A stretch of DNA of 64,000 bases from contig OZ252299.1 in NCBI GenBank assembly GCA_965250285.1, forward strand, positions 4,992,001-5,056,000. The letters are read 5' to 3'. The DNA comes from Myxococcota bacterium (GTDB taxonomy: Bacteria > Myxococcota_A > UBA9160 > UBA4427). Numbering within the stretch: the stretch's first letter is position 1; each line of letters opens with the position of its first letter. Below, in pieces: positions 9,768 to 18,889 of this stretch. The position numbers were made by a program, and so were the translations under genes. The notes under the pieces were generated by a model. That model made no database searches. It was not told where the DNA came from and saw only the letters and a list, made by a program, of their open reading frames with translations.

Positions 9768-11020
9768 TCGCGGAGCTGACCGTCTCCGAGCAGCACGAAC
9801 TTCTTGGTCGTGAGCCCTTCGAGGCCCATCGGGCCATAGGCGTGGAGTCGCGACGTCGAGATGCCGATCTCGGCGCCGAGCCCGAGCTGGAACCCGTCGG
9901 CGAAGCCTGTCGAACAGTTCACGCCGACACATGACGACTGCACGCGTCGCAGCCACTCCTGGCTGTGGGCGTAGTCGTTCGTGATGATGATGTCGGTGTG
10001 GTCCGACCCGTGCGTGCGAATGTGATCGATCGCCTCGGTCATGTCGTCGACGACGCGGACGGCGAGGATCGGTGCGAGGTACTCGGCCGGCCAGTCTTCG
10101 TCGCTCGCCGGCTTCGCCTCGCTGAAGACCTCGCAGACCGTCTCGTCGCCGCGGATCTCGACGCCTTCTTCGTGTAGCGCCTTGAGCACGGTGGGCAGCT
10201 TCGTCTGTGCCGCATCGCGGTGGCAGAGCAGCGTCTCGAGCCCGTTGCAGACGGGCATCTGTCGAATCTTCGACTGACTGACGATGCGCGTCGCCATCTC
10301 GACGTCGGCGCTCGCGTCGATGTAGACGTGACACACGCCCGCGTCGTGGGCGACGACGGGGATCGTCGATTCGTTCATCACCTTCTCGATCAGGGCCGAC
10401 CCACCACGCGGGATCACCATGTCGATGAACTGCCGGGCCTTGAGGAGCACGTCGATGGCGGCTCGGTCGGTCGTGGGCAGCAGCGTGATCGCGTCGGCGG
10501 GCAGACCAACCTCGGCCGCCGCCTGACGCAGCACGCGCCCCAGTGCCTGGTTCGAGTGGAAGGCCTCGCTCCCGCCGCGCAGGATCACGCCGTTGCCCGC
10601 CTTGACACAGAGCGCCGCCGCATCGACCGTCACGTTCGGCCGCGCCTCGTAGATCATGCAGATCACGCCGAGCGGGATCGCCATGCGGCCCACACGCAGG
10701 CCGTTGGGGCGGACGTTGAAGTCGCTGATCGCGCCGACCGGATCCTGCAAGGCGGCAACGTCGTGCAGGCCCTGGATCATGTCGTTCCACTTGCCGTCGG
10801 AGAGGCCGAGGCGGTTCACCAGCGGCTCGGCGACGCCGTTCTCGCGCGCCGCCTGCATGTCGCGCTCGTTGGCAGCGCGGATCTCGTCGCGCGCCGCTTC
10901 GAGCAGCTCGGCCGAGCGCAGCAGCCAGGCGTCCTTGGTCGCGGTGGAGAGCGCACCGAGGGTCTCGGCGGCGCGTCGCGTCCGCTCGGCCAGGGAGAGA
11001 ATGTCGGTTTCGAAGCTCAT
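9764..11020 (-). CDS. proA: Glutamate-5-semialdehyde dehydrogenase
   Basis: PLGVICMIYEARPNVT, LRGGSEA, VCNGLETLL, and GLGAEIGIST...GPMGL. Confidence 0.97.
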   Translation of the reverse strand: MSFETDILSLAERTRRAAETLGALSTATKDAWLLRSAELLEAARDEIRAANERDMQAARENGVAEPLVNRLGLSDGKWNDMIQGLHDVAALQDPVGAISDFNVRPNGLRVGRMAIPLGVICMIYEARPNVTVDAAALCVKAGNGVILRGGSEAFHSNQALGRVLRQAAAEVGLPADAITLLPTTDRAAIDVLLKARQFIDMVIPRGGSALIEKVMNESTIPVVAHDAGVCHVYIDASADVEMATRIVSQSKIRQMPVCNGLETLLCHRDAAQTKLPTVLKALHEEGVEIRGDETVCEVFSEAKPASDEDWPAEYLAPILAVRVVDDMTEAIDHIRTHGSDHTDIIITNDYAHSQEWLRRVQSSCVGVNCSTGFADGFQLGLGAEIGISTSRLHAYGPMGLEGLTTKKFVLLGDGQLRE

Positions 11021-11118
11021 GGTGGTTCCGGTCCGGGTGGATCGTGCGGGGATGGAGGGCGGTGTCCTTCGGGCCGCAGCGCGGTCCGTGGAGCGACCCG
11101 CTTCGGCCGCGACGGGTC

Positions 11119-12252
11119 TCAGGTGTCGAGCACCACGAGATCGTCGCGATGAATGATCGCGTCGCCGTTCGAGTAGCCTAGCACTGGCTCGATCTCGCGT
11201 GTGGAGCGCCCGGCGAGCCGGCCCGACTCGTCTGCATCGTACGCAGCGAGCCCGCGCGCGACTTCCTGGCCCTGCGGATCGAACAGCGCGACCACGTCGC
11301 CTCGTGCGAACTCGCCGGCGACGCGTGCAACGCCCGCGGGAAGCAGACTGCGCCCGTCTTCGCAGATCGCGCGCACTGCGCCGGCGTCGAGATGCAGTGC
11401 GCCGCGCGCCCTGGTCGTGAAGGCCAGCCAGTGCTTACGCGACGAGATGCGGTCGGTCGCGAGAAAGAGGGTGCCCAACGCTTCGCCGCCTGCCACACGC
11501 TCGAGCACGTTCGGCTCGCGTCCGTTGCAGAGCAGGGTGGCTGCGCCCGACCGCGCGGCCGCCTTCGCGGCTTCGAGCTTGGTGATCATCCCGCCGCGAC
11601 CGAACACGTTGCTCGAGCCCTGTGCACACTGTTCGACTTCGGGCGTGATCTTCTCGACGACGTCGAGCAGCGGCGGCGTGGGTTCGCCCGCAACCGGCGC
11701 CTCGCGGTACAGACCGTCGACGTCGGTGAGGATCACGAGCAGGTCGGCTCCGACCAGGTTCACGATGCTGGCCGACAGGTTGTCGTTGTCGCCGAAGCGG
11801 ATCTCGTCGGTGGCGACCGTGTCGTTCTCGTTCACGATCGGAACGACACCGCGCGCGAGCAGCTCGGTCAGCGTGTGGCGCGCATTGAGGAACCGCTCTC
11901 GATCCTCGAGGCCCGCCCGCGTCAGCAACAGCTGACCCACGTGCCGATCGTGTTCGGCGAAGCGCTGCTTGTAGGTTTCGACGAGCGCGATCTGGCCCAC
12001 GGCCGCGGCCGCCTGCTTCTCGGGGATCGAGCGTCCGAAGTGATCCCAGCCCAGCTGTCGCGAGCCCGCCGCGATCGCACCCGACGACACCAGGACCACC
12101 TGCCGCCCTTCGTCGCAGAGTGCGGAGAGCTGCCGCGCGATGTCGCCGAACGCCTCGTCTCGAATGGCCCCGTGGTCGGTCAGCGTGCTGCTGCCGACCT
12201 TCACGACGATGCGCTGCGCTTCCTTCTGAGCGCTTCGATGCGAACCGCTCAT
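11119..12252 (-). CDS. proB: Glutamate 5-kinase
   Basis: VVKVGSS, VSSGAIAAG, NENDTV...FGDNDNLSA, GGMITKL, and a C-terminal PUA domain ending IHRDDLV. Confidence 0.97.
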   Translation of the reverse strand: MSGSHRSAQKEAQRIVVKVGSSTLTDHGAIRDEAFGDIARQLSALCDEGRQVVLVSSGAIAAGSRQLGWDHFGRSIPEKQAAAAVGQIALVETYKQRFAEHDRHVGQLLLTRAGLEDRERFLNARHTLTELLARGVVPIVNENDTVATDEIRFGDNDNLSASIVNLVGADLLVILTDVDGLYREAPVAGEPTPPLLDVVEKITPEVEQCAQGSSNVFGRGGMITKLEAAKAAARSGAATLLCNGREPNVLERVAGGEALGTLFLATDRISSRKHWLAFTTRARGALHLDAGAVRAICEDGRSLLPAGVARVAGEFARGDVVALFDPQGQEVARGLAAYDADESGRLAGRSTREIEPVLGYSNGDAIIHRDDLVVLDT

Positions 12253-13343
12253 GTGGGCCTCACTTCGGCGCGTTCGGCGTCGCGTACCGTGTCGAGATCG
12301 TCTGCGCGCTGCGCTCGCGCCACGGCCTCGAAGATGCGACCCACCAGCGCATCGATGCCGTCGCCCGTCGCCGCCGAGATCACGAGCGCCTCGTGCCCGC
12401 GCTCGGTGAGCGAAGCCCGCGCGCGATCGATCGTCGCTGCATCGGCGACGTCGGTCTTCGAGAGCACGACGATCTCGGGTCGCTCGAGCAGCCGCGCGTC
12501 GTAGCGGCCGAGCTCTTGGCGCAGGGTGTCGTAGTCGTCGAGCAGATCGCGCCCTTCCATCGTCATCGCACCGAGATCGAGCAGATGAACGAGCACACGG
12601 GTGCGTTCGACGTGGCGCAGAAAGCGGTGGCCGAGACCGGCACCTTCGGCGGCGCCCTCGATCAGGCCAGGGATGTCCGCGATCACCAACCGGTCGTCGC
12701 CGCGCTCGACGACGCCGAGCGAAGGCGTGAGCGTGGTGAACGGATAGGCTGCGACCCGCGGTCGCGCTTCGCTCACGCGCCCGAGCAGGGTCGACTTGCC
12801 CGCGTTCGGAAAGCCCACGAGCCCGACGTCGGCCAGCAGCTTGAGCGACATGCGCAGCGAGAGGGTCTCGCCGGGCAGACCCGGCAGGGCGAAGTCGGGC
12901 GCCTGGCGCCGGCTGTTCTTGAAGTGGATGTTGCCGAGGCCGCCCTTCCCGCCCTTCGCCGCGACGAAGCGCTGGCCGTCCTCGGCGAGGTCGACGAGCG
13001 GCTCGTCGCCATCGCCGCCTGCTCGATCTTCGCTCGCGTCGTAGACGACGGTTCCGACGGGCAGGTGGATCACGAGATCGTCGCCGTTCGCGCCGGTCTT
13101 GCCCGACGATCCACCACCCTCGCCATTCTTCGCCGCCATCTTCTGGCGGTAGTGGAACTCGCTGAGCGTGTTGCGATTGCGATCGGCGACGAGCACGACA
13201 TCGCCGCCCTTGCCGCCATCGCCCCCGTTGGGGCCGCCCTTGGCAACGAACTTCTCGCGCCGAAACGAAGCCATCCCGTTGCCGCCATCGCCGGAGCGGA
13301 CGGTCAGACGAGCTTCGTCGACGAACGAGTGATCGCTTTTCAT
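12249..13343 (-). CDS. obgE: GTPase ObgE/CgtA
   Basis: FVDEA..., Gly-rich Obg fold, GFPNAGKST, YPFTTL, DIPG. Confidence 0.97.
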   Translation of the reverse strand: MKSDHSFVDEARLTVRSGDGGNGMASFRREKFVAKGGPNGGDGGKGGDVVLVADRNRNTLSEFHYRQKMAAKNGEGGGSSGKTGANGDDLVIHLPVGTVVYDASEDRAGGDGDEPLVDLAEDGQRFVAAKGGKGGLGNIHFKNSRRQAPDFALPGLPGETLSLRMSLKLLADVGLVGFPNAGKSTLLGRVSEARPRVAAYPFTTLTPSLGVVERGDDRLVIADIPGLIEGAAEGAGLGHRFLRHVERTRVLVHLLDLGAMTMEGRDLLDDYDTLRQELGRYDARLLERPEIVVLSKTDVADAATIDRARASLTERGHEALVISAATGDGIDALVGRIFEAVARAQRADDLDTVRDAERAEVRPT

Positions 13344-13530
13344 GTGCAGGCCGATGCGGTGGCGGTGGATGGCTTCCGACCGCGGCGCTCGTCGCTCTCC
13401 CCTGTGTCGGGCTCCGCAAGCGAAGCCCGCCTGTCAACAGGGGGGAGGATGAACCGGCATCGACCCGTGCGCGAACTCGAGCCGCGCGGCCCGATGCACC
13501 GGGCCATGCGCGACGAGGCCGCGGACCCGA

Positions 13531-13839
13531 CTAGCTCTCGACGGCCGCCGAAGTGCCCTTAGAAACGGCCGCCGAAGGGCCCTTAGAAAGAGACGGGTCG
13601 ATGTGCGCGAGCTTGCGACCGCGCGAGTCGCCGTACGACACGGTGCCATCGCAGAGCGCGAAGAGCGTGTAGTCCTTGCCGAGCCCGACGTTCTTGCCCG
13701 GATGGATCTTCGTACCGACCTGGCGGACGAGGATCGAACCGGCGGTGACCGTCTGGCCGCCGAAGACCTTCATGCCTCGGCGCTGACCGTTCGAGTCGCG
13801 ACCGTTGCGCGAGCTGCCCTGACCCTTCTTGTGCGACAT
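13531..13839 (-). CDS. rpmA: 50S ribosomal protein L27 with a C-terminal extension
   Basis: [16 protein letters not shown]...[15 protein letters not shown]...DYTLFAL. Confidence 0.97.
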   Translation of the reverse strand: MSHKKGQGSSRNGRDSNGQRRGMKVFGGQTVTAGSILVRQVGTKIHPGKNVGLGKDYTLFALCDGTVSYGDSRGRKLAHIDPSLSKGPSAAVSKGTSAAVES

Positions 13840-13902
13840 GGCGTGCTTCCTTCAGCTCCGGGTCGGTTCGCCGACCCGGTGGTTTCGTGAACGACCCGAG
13901 CG

Positions 13903-14214
13903 CTAGCCCTGGATCGCGTCGATGCGGACCTCGGTGTAGGCCTGTCGGTGGCCCTGGGTCCGGCGGTAGCCCTTGCGGCGCTTCATCTTGAAGATTCGGA
14001 TCTTCGGGTGGCGCGCCTGAGCGGTGATCGTGCCCTGGACCTGAGCCCCTTCGACGAGCGGCTGGCCGATCTTGACCGAGTCGTCTTCGCCCACGAGCAG
14101 CACCTCGGGCAGGGTCACCTCGGCGCCGACGTCGCCCTCGATCTTCTCGATGCGAACGGCCTGGCCGGGCTCGACACGAACCTGCTTACCACCGGTGCGG
14201 ATAACGGCGTACAT
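13903..14214 (-). CDS. rplU: 50S ribosomal protein L21
   Basis: MYAVIRTGGKQ...KRRKGYRRTQGHRQ. Confidence 0.98.
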   Translation of the reverse strand: MYAVIRTGGKQVRVEPGQAVRIEKIEGDVGAEVTLPEVLLVGEDDSVKIGQPLVEGAQVQGTITAQARHPKIRIFKMKRRKGYRRTQGHRQAYTEVRIDAIQG

Positions 14215-14217
14215 GGA

Positions 14218-16416
14218 TCAATCCTCTGGTTTTTCGGAACGCGGGATTATGGGCGATTCCGCTTTGGCGTCAAGCGGTTCGGGCGCTGCGGCGCGCAGCG
14301 GAACCCGCTCGGGAGCCCGGGGGGAGGCCGCGACGCGTGTTCCGCTCGAATCCACCTCATCCGCGGGCTCGGACCCGGTCTCGTCGGCCGCCGAAAGCAC
14401 CTGGAGCGGAGGCTCGACCTCGGGCTCGCTCCCCTCCACGGCGCCCGGCTCGCTGCTGTCGGGGGTGGTCTCGACCGGCTCGGGCTCGCTGCTGTCGGGG
14501 GGGGTCTCGACCGGCTCGGGCTCGCTTGCCTCGGCGGGTTCGGCCTCGCTGGGCGGACGGGTTTCGTCGGTGGCCTCGGTCGCGTCGGCCGCCGGCGCGC
14601 CGTCCAGAGCCTCGGCGACGGGTGCCGCCTCGGCGCCAGCGACCTGCTTCGCGGTCGCGTCCCCTTCGCTCTGGTCGGTCGTCTCCTGCGTCTCGTTCGT
14701 CTCGGTGGCCTCGGCTTCGTCGGTCGCGGCGCCCTTGCCCGCCCCGTTCCGGCCGCCGCGCTTGCGCGAGCGCCGGCCGTTCTTGCGCTCGCGGGCCTCG
14801 ACCTTCTTCGCCTCTTCTGCGGCGGCGACCTCCTTCGGATCGCGCAGCCAGTCGAGCGCGATCTCGACCGACGGACCGTCGTCGAGGGCCACGAGCTCGA
14901 ACTGCTCCTGATGGATACCGGGGCGCGAGATGATCTCGATCTCGCGACCGAGCTCGTCCGAGAGCGCCTTCACGGCCGATGCCAACGGTCCGCGCAGCTG
15001 GTCGGCCAGGCGCGGGCTCACCGCGATGCCGACGTGGCGCCCGCAGAAGCGAGGCAGGTCGGTGCGGATCTCGCGAAGCAGCTTGTAGCCGACCGTCTCG
15101 GCCGACAGGATGTAGCCGCGCCCCTCGCAGTGCGGGCACGGCTCGCAGAGTGTCTGCACGAGACTCTCGCGCGTGCGCTTGCGCGTCATCTCGACGAGCC
15201 CGAGCTCGCTGATCTTTAATATGTTCGTGCGGGCCTTGTCGGCACGAATTGCGTCCTGGAGCGCCCGGTACACCTTGTCGCGGTGCTCGGCCTTCTCCAT
15301 GTCGATCAGGTCGATGATGATCAGACCGCCGATGTTGCGGAAGCGCAGCTGATTCACGACCTCGCGCACGGCTTCGAGGTTGTTCTTGAAGACGGTCTCT
15401 TCGAGGTCGCTCTTGCCGACGAAGCGGCCGGTGTTCACGTCGATCGCCGTCAGCGCCTCGCTGTGATCGATCACGAGCGAACCGCCGCTCTTCAGCCAGA
15501 CCTTGCGTTCGAGGTTGGCGTGGATCTGCGACTCGAGGTCGAAGTGATCGAAGATCGGCTCGAAGCCCTCATAGAGCTCGATCTCGGGTCGGGGTTCGGC
15601 CATGAAGTCGTCGGCGAACGTCTTGATCTGTGCGTAGGCATCTTCGCCGTCGATCACGATGCGCTTGGTCTCGTGGTTGGCGAGGTCGCGAATGATGCGC
15701 AGCGAGATGTCGTGCTCTTCGTGCAGCACGCAGGGCGCCGGGTTCTCGGCGTTGCGCTGACGAATGCGCGTCCACACCGTTGTCAGGTACCGGATGTCGG
15801 CCTCGAGATCGGCCTCGCGCACGCCGTCGCCCGCCGTGCGGATGATGAAGCCGATGTCCTTGGGCTTCAGCTTGTCAACGATGTCCCTGAGCCGGCGGCG
15901 CTCCTTGTCGGATCCGATGCGGCGCGACACGCCGACCCGCTTCGACCAGGGCGTCAGCACCAGGTGCCGGCCGGGGATCGAGATGTTCGACGTGATGCGC
16001 GCGCCCTTGGTGCCGATCGGCTCCTTGGCGATCTGCACCACGATCTCCTGGCCCTCTCTCAGGACCGTCTCGATCGGCGGCGGAGCCGCGCGGCGGCCGC
16101 GGCCGCCCCGGCGCGGGCCCTTCGGAGCGCCCTTGCCGTTCTTCCCGGTCTTGCCGTTCTTCGCCTCGCCACCGTTCGAGGTGCCGGTGTTGTCGAAGTA
16201 GTCGCCGACGTAGAGGAAGGCGGCCTTTTCGAGGCCGATGTCGACGAAGGCGGCCTGCATGCCGGGGAGCACCCGGGTCACGCGCCCCTTCACGACGTTG
16301 CCCACCACGTTCTTGTCGGCTTCGCGCTCGATGTGCAGCTCGGTGAAGACCGAGCGCTCGAGCAGCGCCACGCGGGTTTCCCCGCCCTCGGCGTTGATCA
16401 CGATCTCGTTCTGCAT
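14218..16416 (-). CDS. Ribonuclease E/G family (Rne/Rng) with an acidic disordered tail
   Basis: VLPGMQAAFVDIG, KEPIGTKGARIT, IDVNTG, GGLIIIDLIDM, LVEMTRKR, CPHC Zn-link, and a Glu/Pro/Ala-rich C-terminus of about 200 aa. Confidence 0.95.
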   Translation of the reverse strand: MQNEIVINAEGGETRVALLERSVFTELHIEREADKNVVGNVVKGRVTRVLPGMQAAFVDIGLEKAAFLYVGDYFDNTGTSNGGEAKNGKTGKNGKGAPKGPRRGGRGRRAAPPPIETVLREGQEIVVQIAKEPIGTKGARITSNISIPGRHLVLTPWSKRVGVSRRIGSDKERRRLRDIVDKLKPKDIGFIIRTAGDGVREADLEADIRYLTTVWTRIRQRNAENPAPCVLHEEHDISLRIIRDLANHETKRIVIDGEDAYAQIKTFADDFMAEPRPEIELYEGFEPIFDHFDLESQIHANLERKVWLKSGGSLVIDHSEALTAIDVNTGRFVGKSDLEETVFKNNLEAVREVVNQLRFRNIGGLIIIDLIDMEKAEHRDKVYRALQDAIRADKARTNILKISELGLVEMTRKRTRESLVQTLCEPCPHCEGRGYILSAETVGYKLLREIRTDLPRFCGRHVGIAVSPRLADQLRGPLASAVKALSDELGREIEIISRPGIHQEQFELVALDDGPSVEIALDWLRDPKEVAAAEEAKKVEARERKNGRRSRKRGGRNGAGKGAATDEAEATETNETQETTDQSEGDATAKQVAGAEAAPVAEALDGAPAADATEATDETRPPSEAEPAEASEPEPVETPPDSSEPEPVETTPDSSEPGAVEGSEPEVEPPLQVLSAADETGSEPADEVDSSGTRVAASPRAPERVPLRAAAPEPLDAKAESPIIPRSEKPED
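14246..14273 (-). promoter_or_regulatory. Sigma70 promoter for rplU-rpmA-obgE, inside the 3' end of rne/rng
   Basis: Minus strand reads TTGACG-N16-CATAAT followed by a GC-rich discriminator (CCCGCG), about 30 nt upstream of the rplU ATG. Confidence 0.75.
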
Positions 16417-17176
16417 GCGTCCCGCTTCGCAGAGCCGGGGTCGGCCGTGGTCGCGCGTCGTCCCGTTCGGGTTCGATCGCTGCGCACACGACCGCCTTGC
16501 GGCGTTGGCGAGCCGTTTCGAGGTGCCAGAGGGCGTCTATCCGCCGGGCCAGCCGGCGAATGCGGGGAGCTTCAGGTGATGGGGACGGGGGCGCGCTCGG
16601 CGCACCGCCGCTGAACGGAGACTCCTCTCAGTCTCCCGAAATCCAAAGAGAAATCACGTTCTCGATGACTCTGTTGGGCTGTGACTCGCATTCGTTCTCA
16701 ACCTACGGTCGGCCCTTCGATCCACGTCTGCGAGCCCCATGCGAACGATCCAGCTCCCCGCTGTCGTTCATCTCGCAGATCCCGTCCGATCAACCGCGTC
16801 CTGGTCGCATCACCTGCGACACCGGTGCCGTGGCGGAGTCCGCTCCGTGTCGCCCACAAGCGACGAGAGCGGCCTCTGCCGGGCGTGGACCCGGCGATGA
16901 CCCGTGGGACGCGTCGTCCCACATACTCGAGATGCCTGACCCGCGATCCCCGTTCGACTCGGTTTGGTTCCGAGTCGGAACGCCCGGTGCGGCTGCCAGC
17001 GGTGCGCGCAGATTGGCCTAGGATCGGCTTCGATCTTCGGCCGGGTTTCTGCCACCTTGGGCATTGTTCCGGACCGGCTGTGGGTCTGGACGGGCTCGAG
17101 TCGAGCCATCCGTCGGACGGAGACCTTGGGTCGGCCGTCCAATCCTGTCGAGACGATCGGCAATGGAGGACTCGCC

Positions 17177-18634
17177 GTCAACCGCGATCCCCGACGCGAC
17201 CTGCCCTCGGTCGACCGCCTCGCCGGGGCGGTCTGCACCGCGTTTCCCGAGATTCCGGCCTGGGCGGCCACCGAGGGCGCGCGCAGCGCCGTCGAAGGGG
17301 CCCGGGCCCGCCTGAGCGCCCTGCCCCAGGGGGCATCATTCGAGCTGCCGACCCACGACGCTTTGATCGACGAAGCCGCGTCTTCGGCTCGGCTGCTCTC
17401 ACGGCCGCATCCCCGCAGGGTCATCAACGCCACCGGGATCGTGCTCCACACGAACCTCGGTCGCGCGCCCATGGCCGAGGGCGCGGCGCAGGCCGCCGCG
17501 CTGGCGGCCGCCCGTCCGTCGAGCCTCGAGTTCGACGTCGAGACCGGGCGCCGCGGTCAGCGACTCGGTCCGCTCGACGCGAAGCTGTCGCGGCTGGCCG
17601 GCGCCGAGGCCGGCTTCGCCTGCAACAACGGGGCGGCGGCGGTTCTGCTCGGTCTCTCGAGCCTTGCGGCCGGTCGCGAGGTGGTCGTGTCGCGGGGCGA
17701 GCTGGTCGAGATCGGGGGCTCGTTTCGCGTGCCCGAGATCATGGAGAAGGCAGGCGTGCGGCTCGTCGAGGTCGGCTCGACCAATCGCACCCACCTGCGC
17801 GACTACGAGCGGGCCATCGGCCCCGATACGGCGCTGCTGCTCAAGGTGCATCGAAGCAACTTCGAACAGCGCGGTTTCGTGAAGGAAGTCGCTCTCTCCG
17901 AGCTCGTCGCACTCGGTCGCGCGCACGGCCTGCCGGTGATGGAAGACCTCGGCAGCGGCACGCTCTTCGATCTGACGCCCCACGGCTTTCCGCTCGAGAC
18001 GAGCGTCGCTGCGCGGGTCGCGACCGGCGTCGACGTCGTGTGCTTCTCGGGTGACAAGCTGATGGGCGGTCCCCAGGCGGGGCTGGCCCTCGGCCGACGC
18101 ACGGTGATCGACGCGATGCGCGCCGATCCCCTCGCGCGGGCCCTGCGCCTCGATGCGATGACGCTCGCGGCGCTCGACTGGACCCTCGACGCCATGCTCG
18201 AGGGCCGGGCCGAGCAGGCGCTGCCCGCCGTGGCGCAGCTGCTGGCCGCGCCCGATGCGCTCGACCGACGGGCGCGGGCACTCGCGGGCCGGGTCGGCGA
18301 CGCGCGCCCCGAAGTCTCGATCGAGGTGATCGATGACCGAGCGCCGGTGGGGGGCGGCAGCCTGCCGGGCTTCGAGCTCACCTCTCGCGTGCTCGAGGTG
18401 CGCGGCGGTCCCCCCGCCGACGAGCTGGCTCGCCGACTCCGCGCACGATCGACCCCGGTGGTGGCGCGGGTGCGCGACGACGCGCTGCGCGTCGATCTGC
18501 GAACGGTGTTCGAGGACGAGGTCGAGACCCTCATCGACGCGCTCGTCGACGCACTCGGGACACCCGCCTCGTCGCCACCCGAAAGCGACGCAATCGGGAC
18601 ACCCGCCGCGTCGCTTTCGGGCGGCGACGCGTGA
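17177..18634 (+). CDS. selA: L-seryl-tRNA(Sec) selenium transferase (start uncertain)
   Basis: LPSVDRL, VINATGIVLHTNLGRAP, VSRGELVEIGGSFRVP, EVGSTNRTH, FSGDKLMGGPQAG, GGGSLP. Confidence 0.95.
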   Translation, partial: VNRDPRRDLPSVDRLAGAVCTAFPEIPAWAATEGARSAVEGARARLSALPQGASFELPTHDALIDEAASSARLLSRPHPRRVINATGIVLHTNLGRAPMAEGAAQAAALAAARPSSLEFDVETGRRGQRLGPLDAKLSRLAGAEAGFACNNGAAAVLLGLSSLAAGREVVVSRGELVEIGGSFRVPEIMEKAGVRLVEVGSTNRTHLRDYERAIGPDTALLLKVHRSNFEQRGFVKEVALSELVALGRAHGLPVMEDLGSGTLFDLTPHGFPLETSVAARVATGVDVVCFSGDKLMGGPQAGLALGRRTVIDAMRADPLARALRLDAMTLAALDWTLDAMLEGRAEQALPAVAQLLAAPDALDRRARALAGRVGDARPEVSIEVIDDRAPVGGGSLPGFELTSRVLEVRGGPPADELARRLRARSTPVVARVRDDALRVDLRTVFEDEVETLIDALVDALGTPASSPPESDAIGTPAASLSGGDA

Positions 18635-18697
18635 ATGCGCTGCCGTCCCGGGCGCGGCCGCGGTCGATGGATGAAGCGCCCGCGCATCGCCGACACT

Positions 18698-18825
18698 TCC
18701 GAATGATTCGACTCGCGTCGGCCTCGCGGCCCATGTCTCCGAAATGATTCGAATCGCGTCGGCCCCGCGGCCCATGCCTCCGAAATGACTCGACTCGCGT
18801 CGGCCTCGCGGCCCATGCCTCCGAA
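18698..18825. repeat. Three tandem 40-41-bp direct repeats plus a partial fourth
   Basis: Units at 18698, 18738 and 18779. Consensus TCCGAAATGATTCGACTCGCGTCGGCCTCGCGGCCCATGCC, with no unique spacers. Confidence 0.92.
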
Positions 18826-18842
18826 TTGGCGCCTGGCTTTCG

Positions 18843-18871
18843 TTGATGCCCTCGGGGCCATCCGTTAGCTT
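18843..18871 (+). promoter_or_regulatory. Putative sigma70 promoter of the MinD-like ATPase operon
   Basis: TTGATG-N17-TAGCTT, ending 18 nt before ATG 18890. Confidence 0.6.
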
Positions 18872-18889
18872 TCGAACGCGGGTCGTTCC

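Noticed and set aside
16417..17160. RNase P RNA or tRNA-Sec next to rne/selA
   Set aside because: I found no GAGGAAAGTCC or CGGCTTA RNase P signatures and no TCA-anticodon cloverleaf.
18698..18825. 41-bp repeats as a CRISPR array
   Set aside because: The units are contiguous with no unique spacers, and there are no cas genes in the window.
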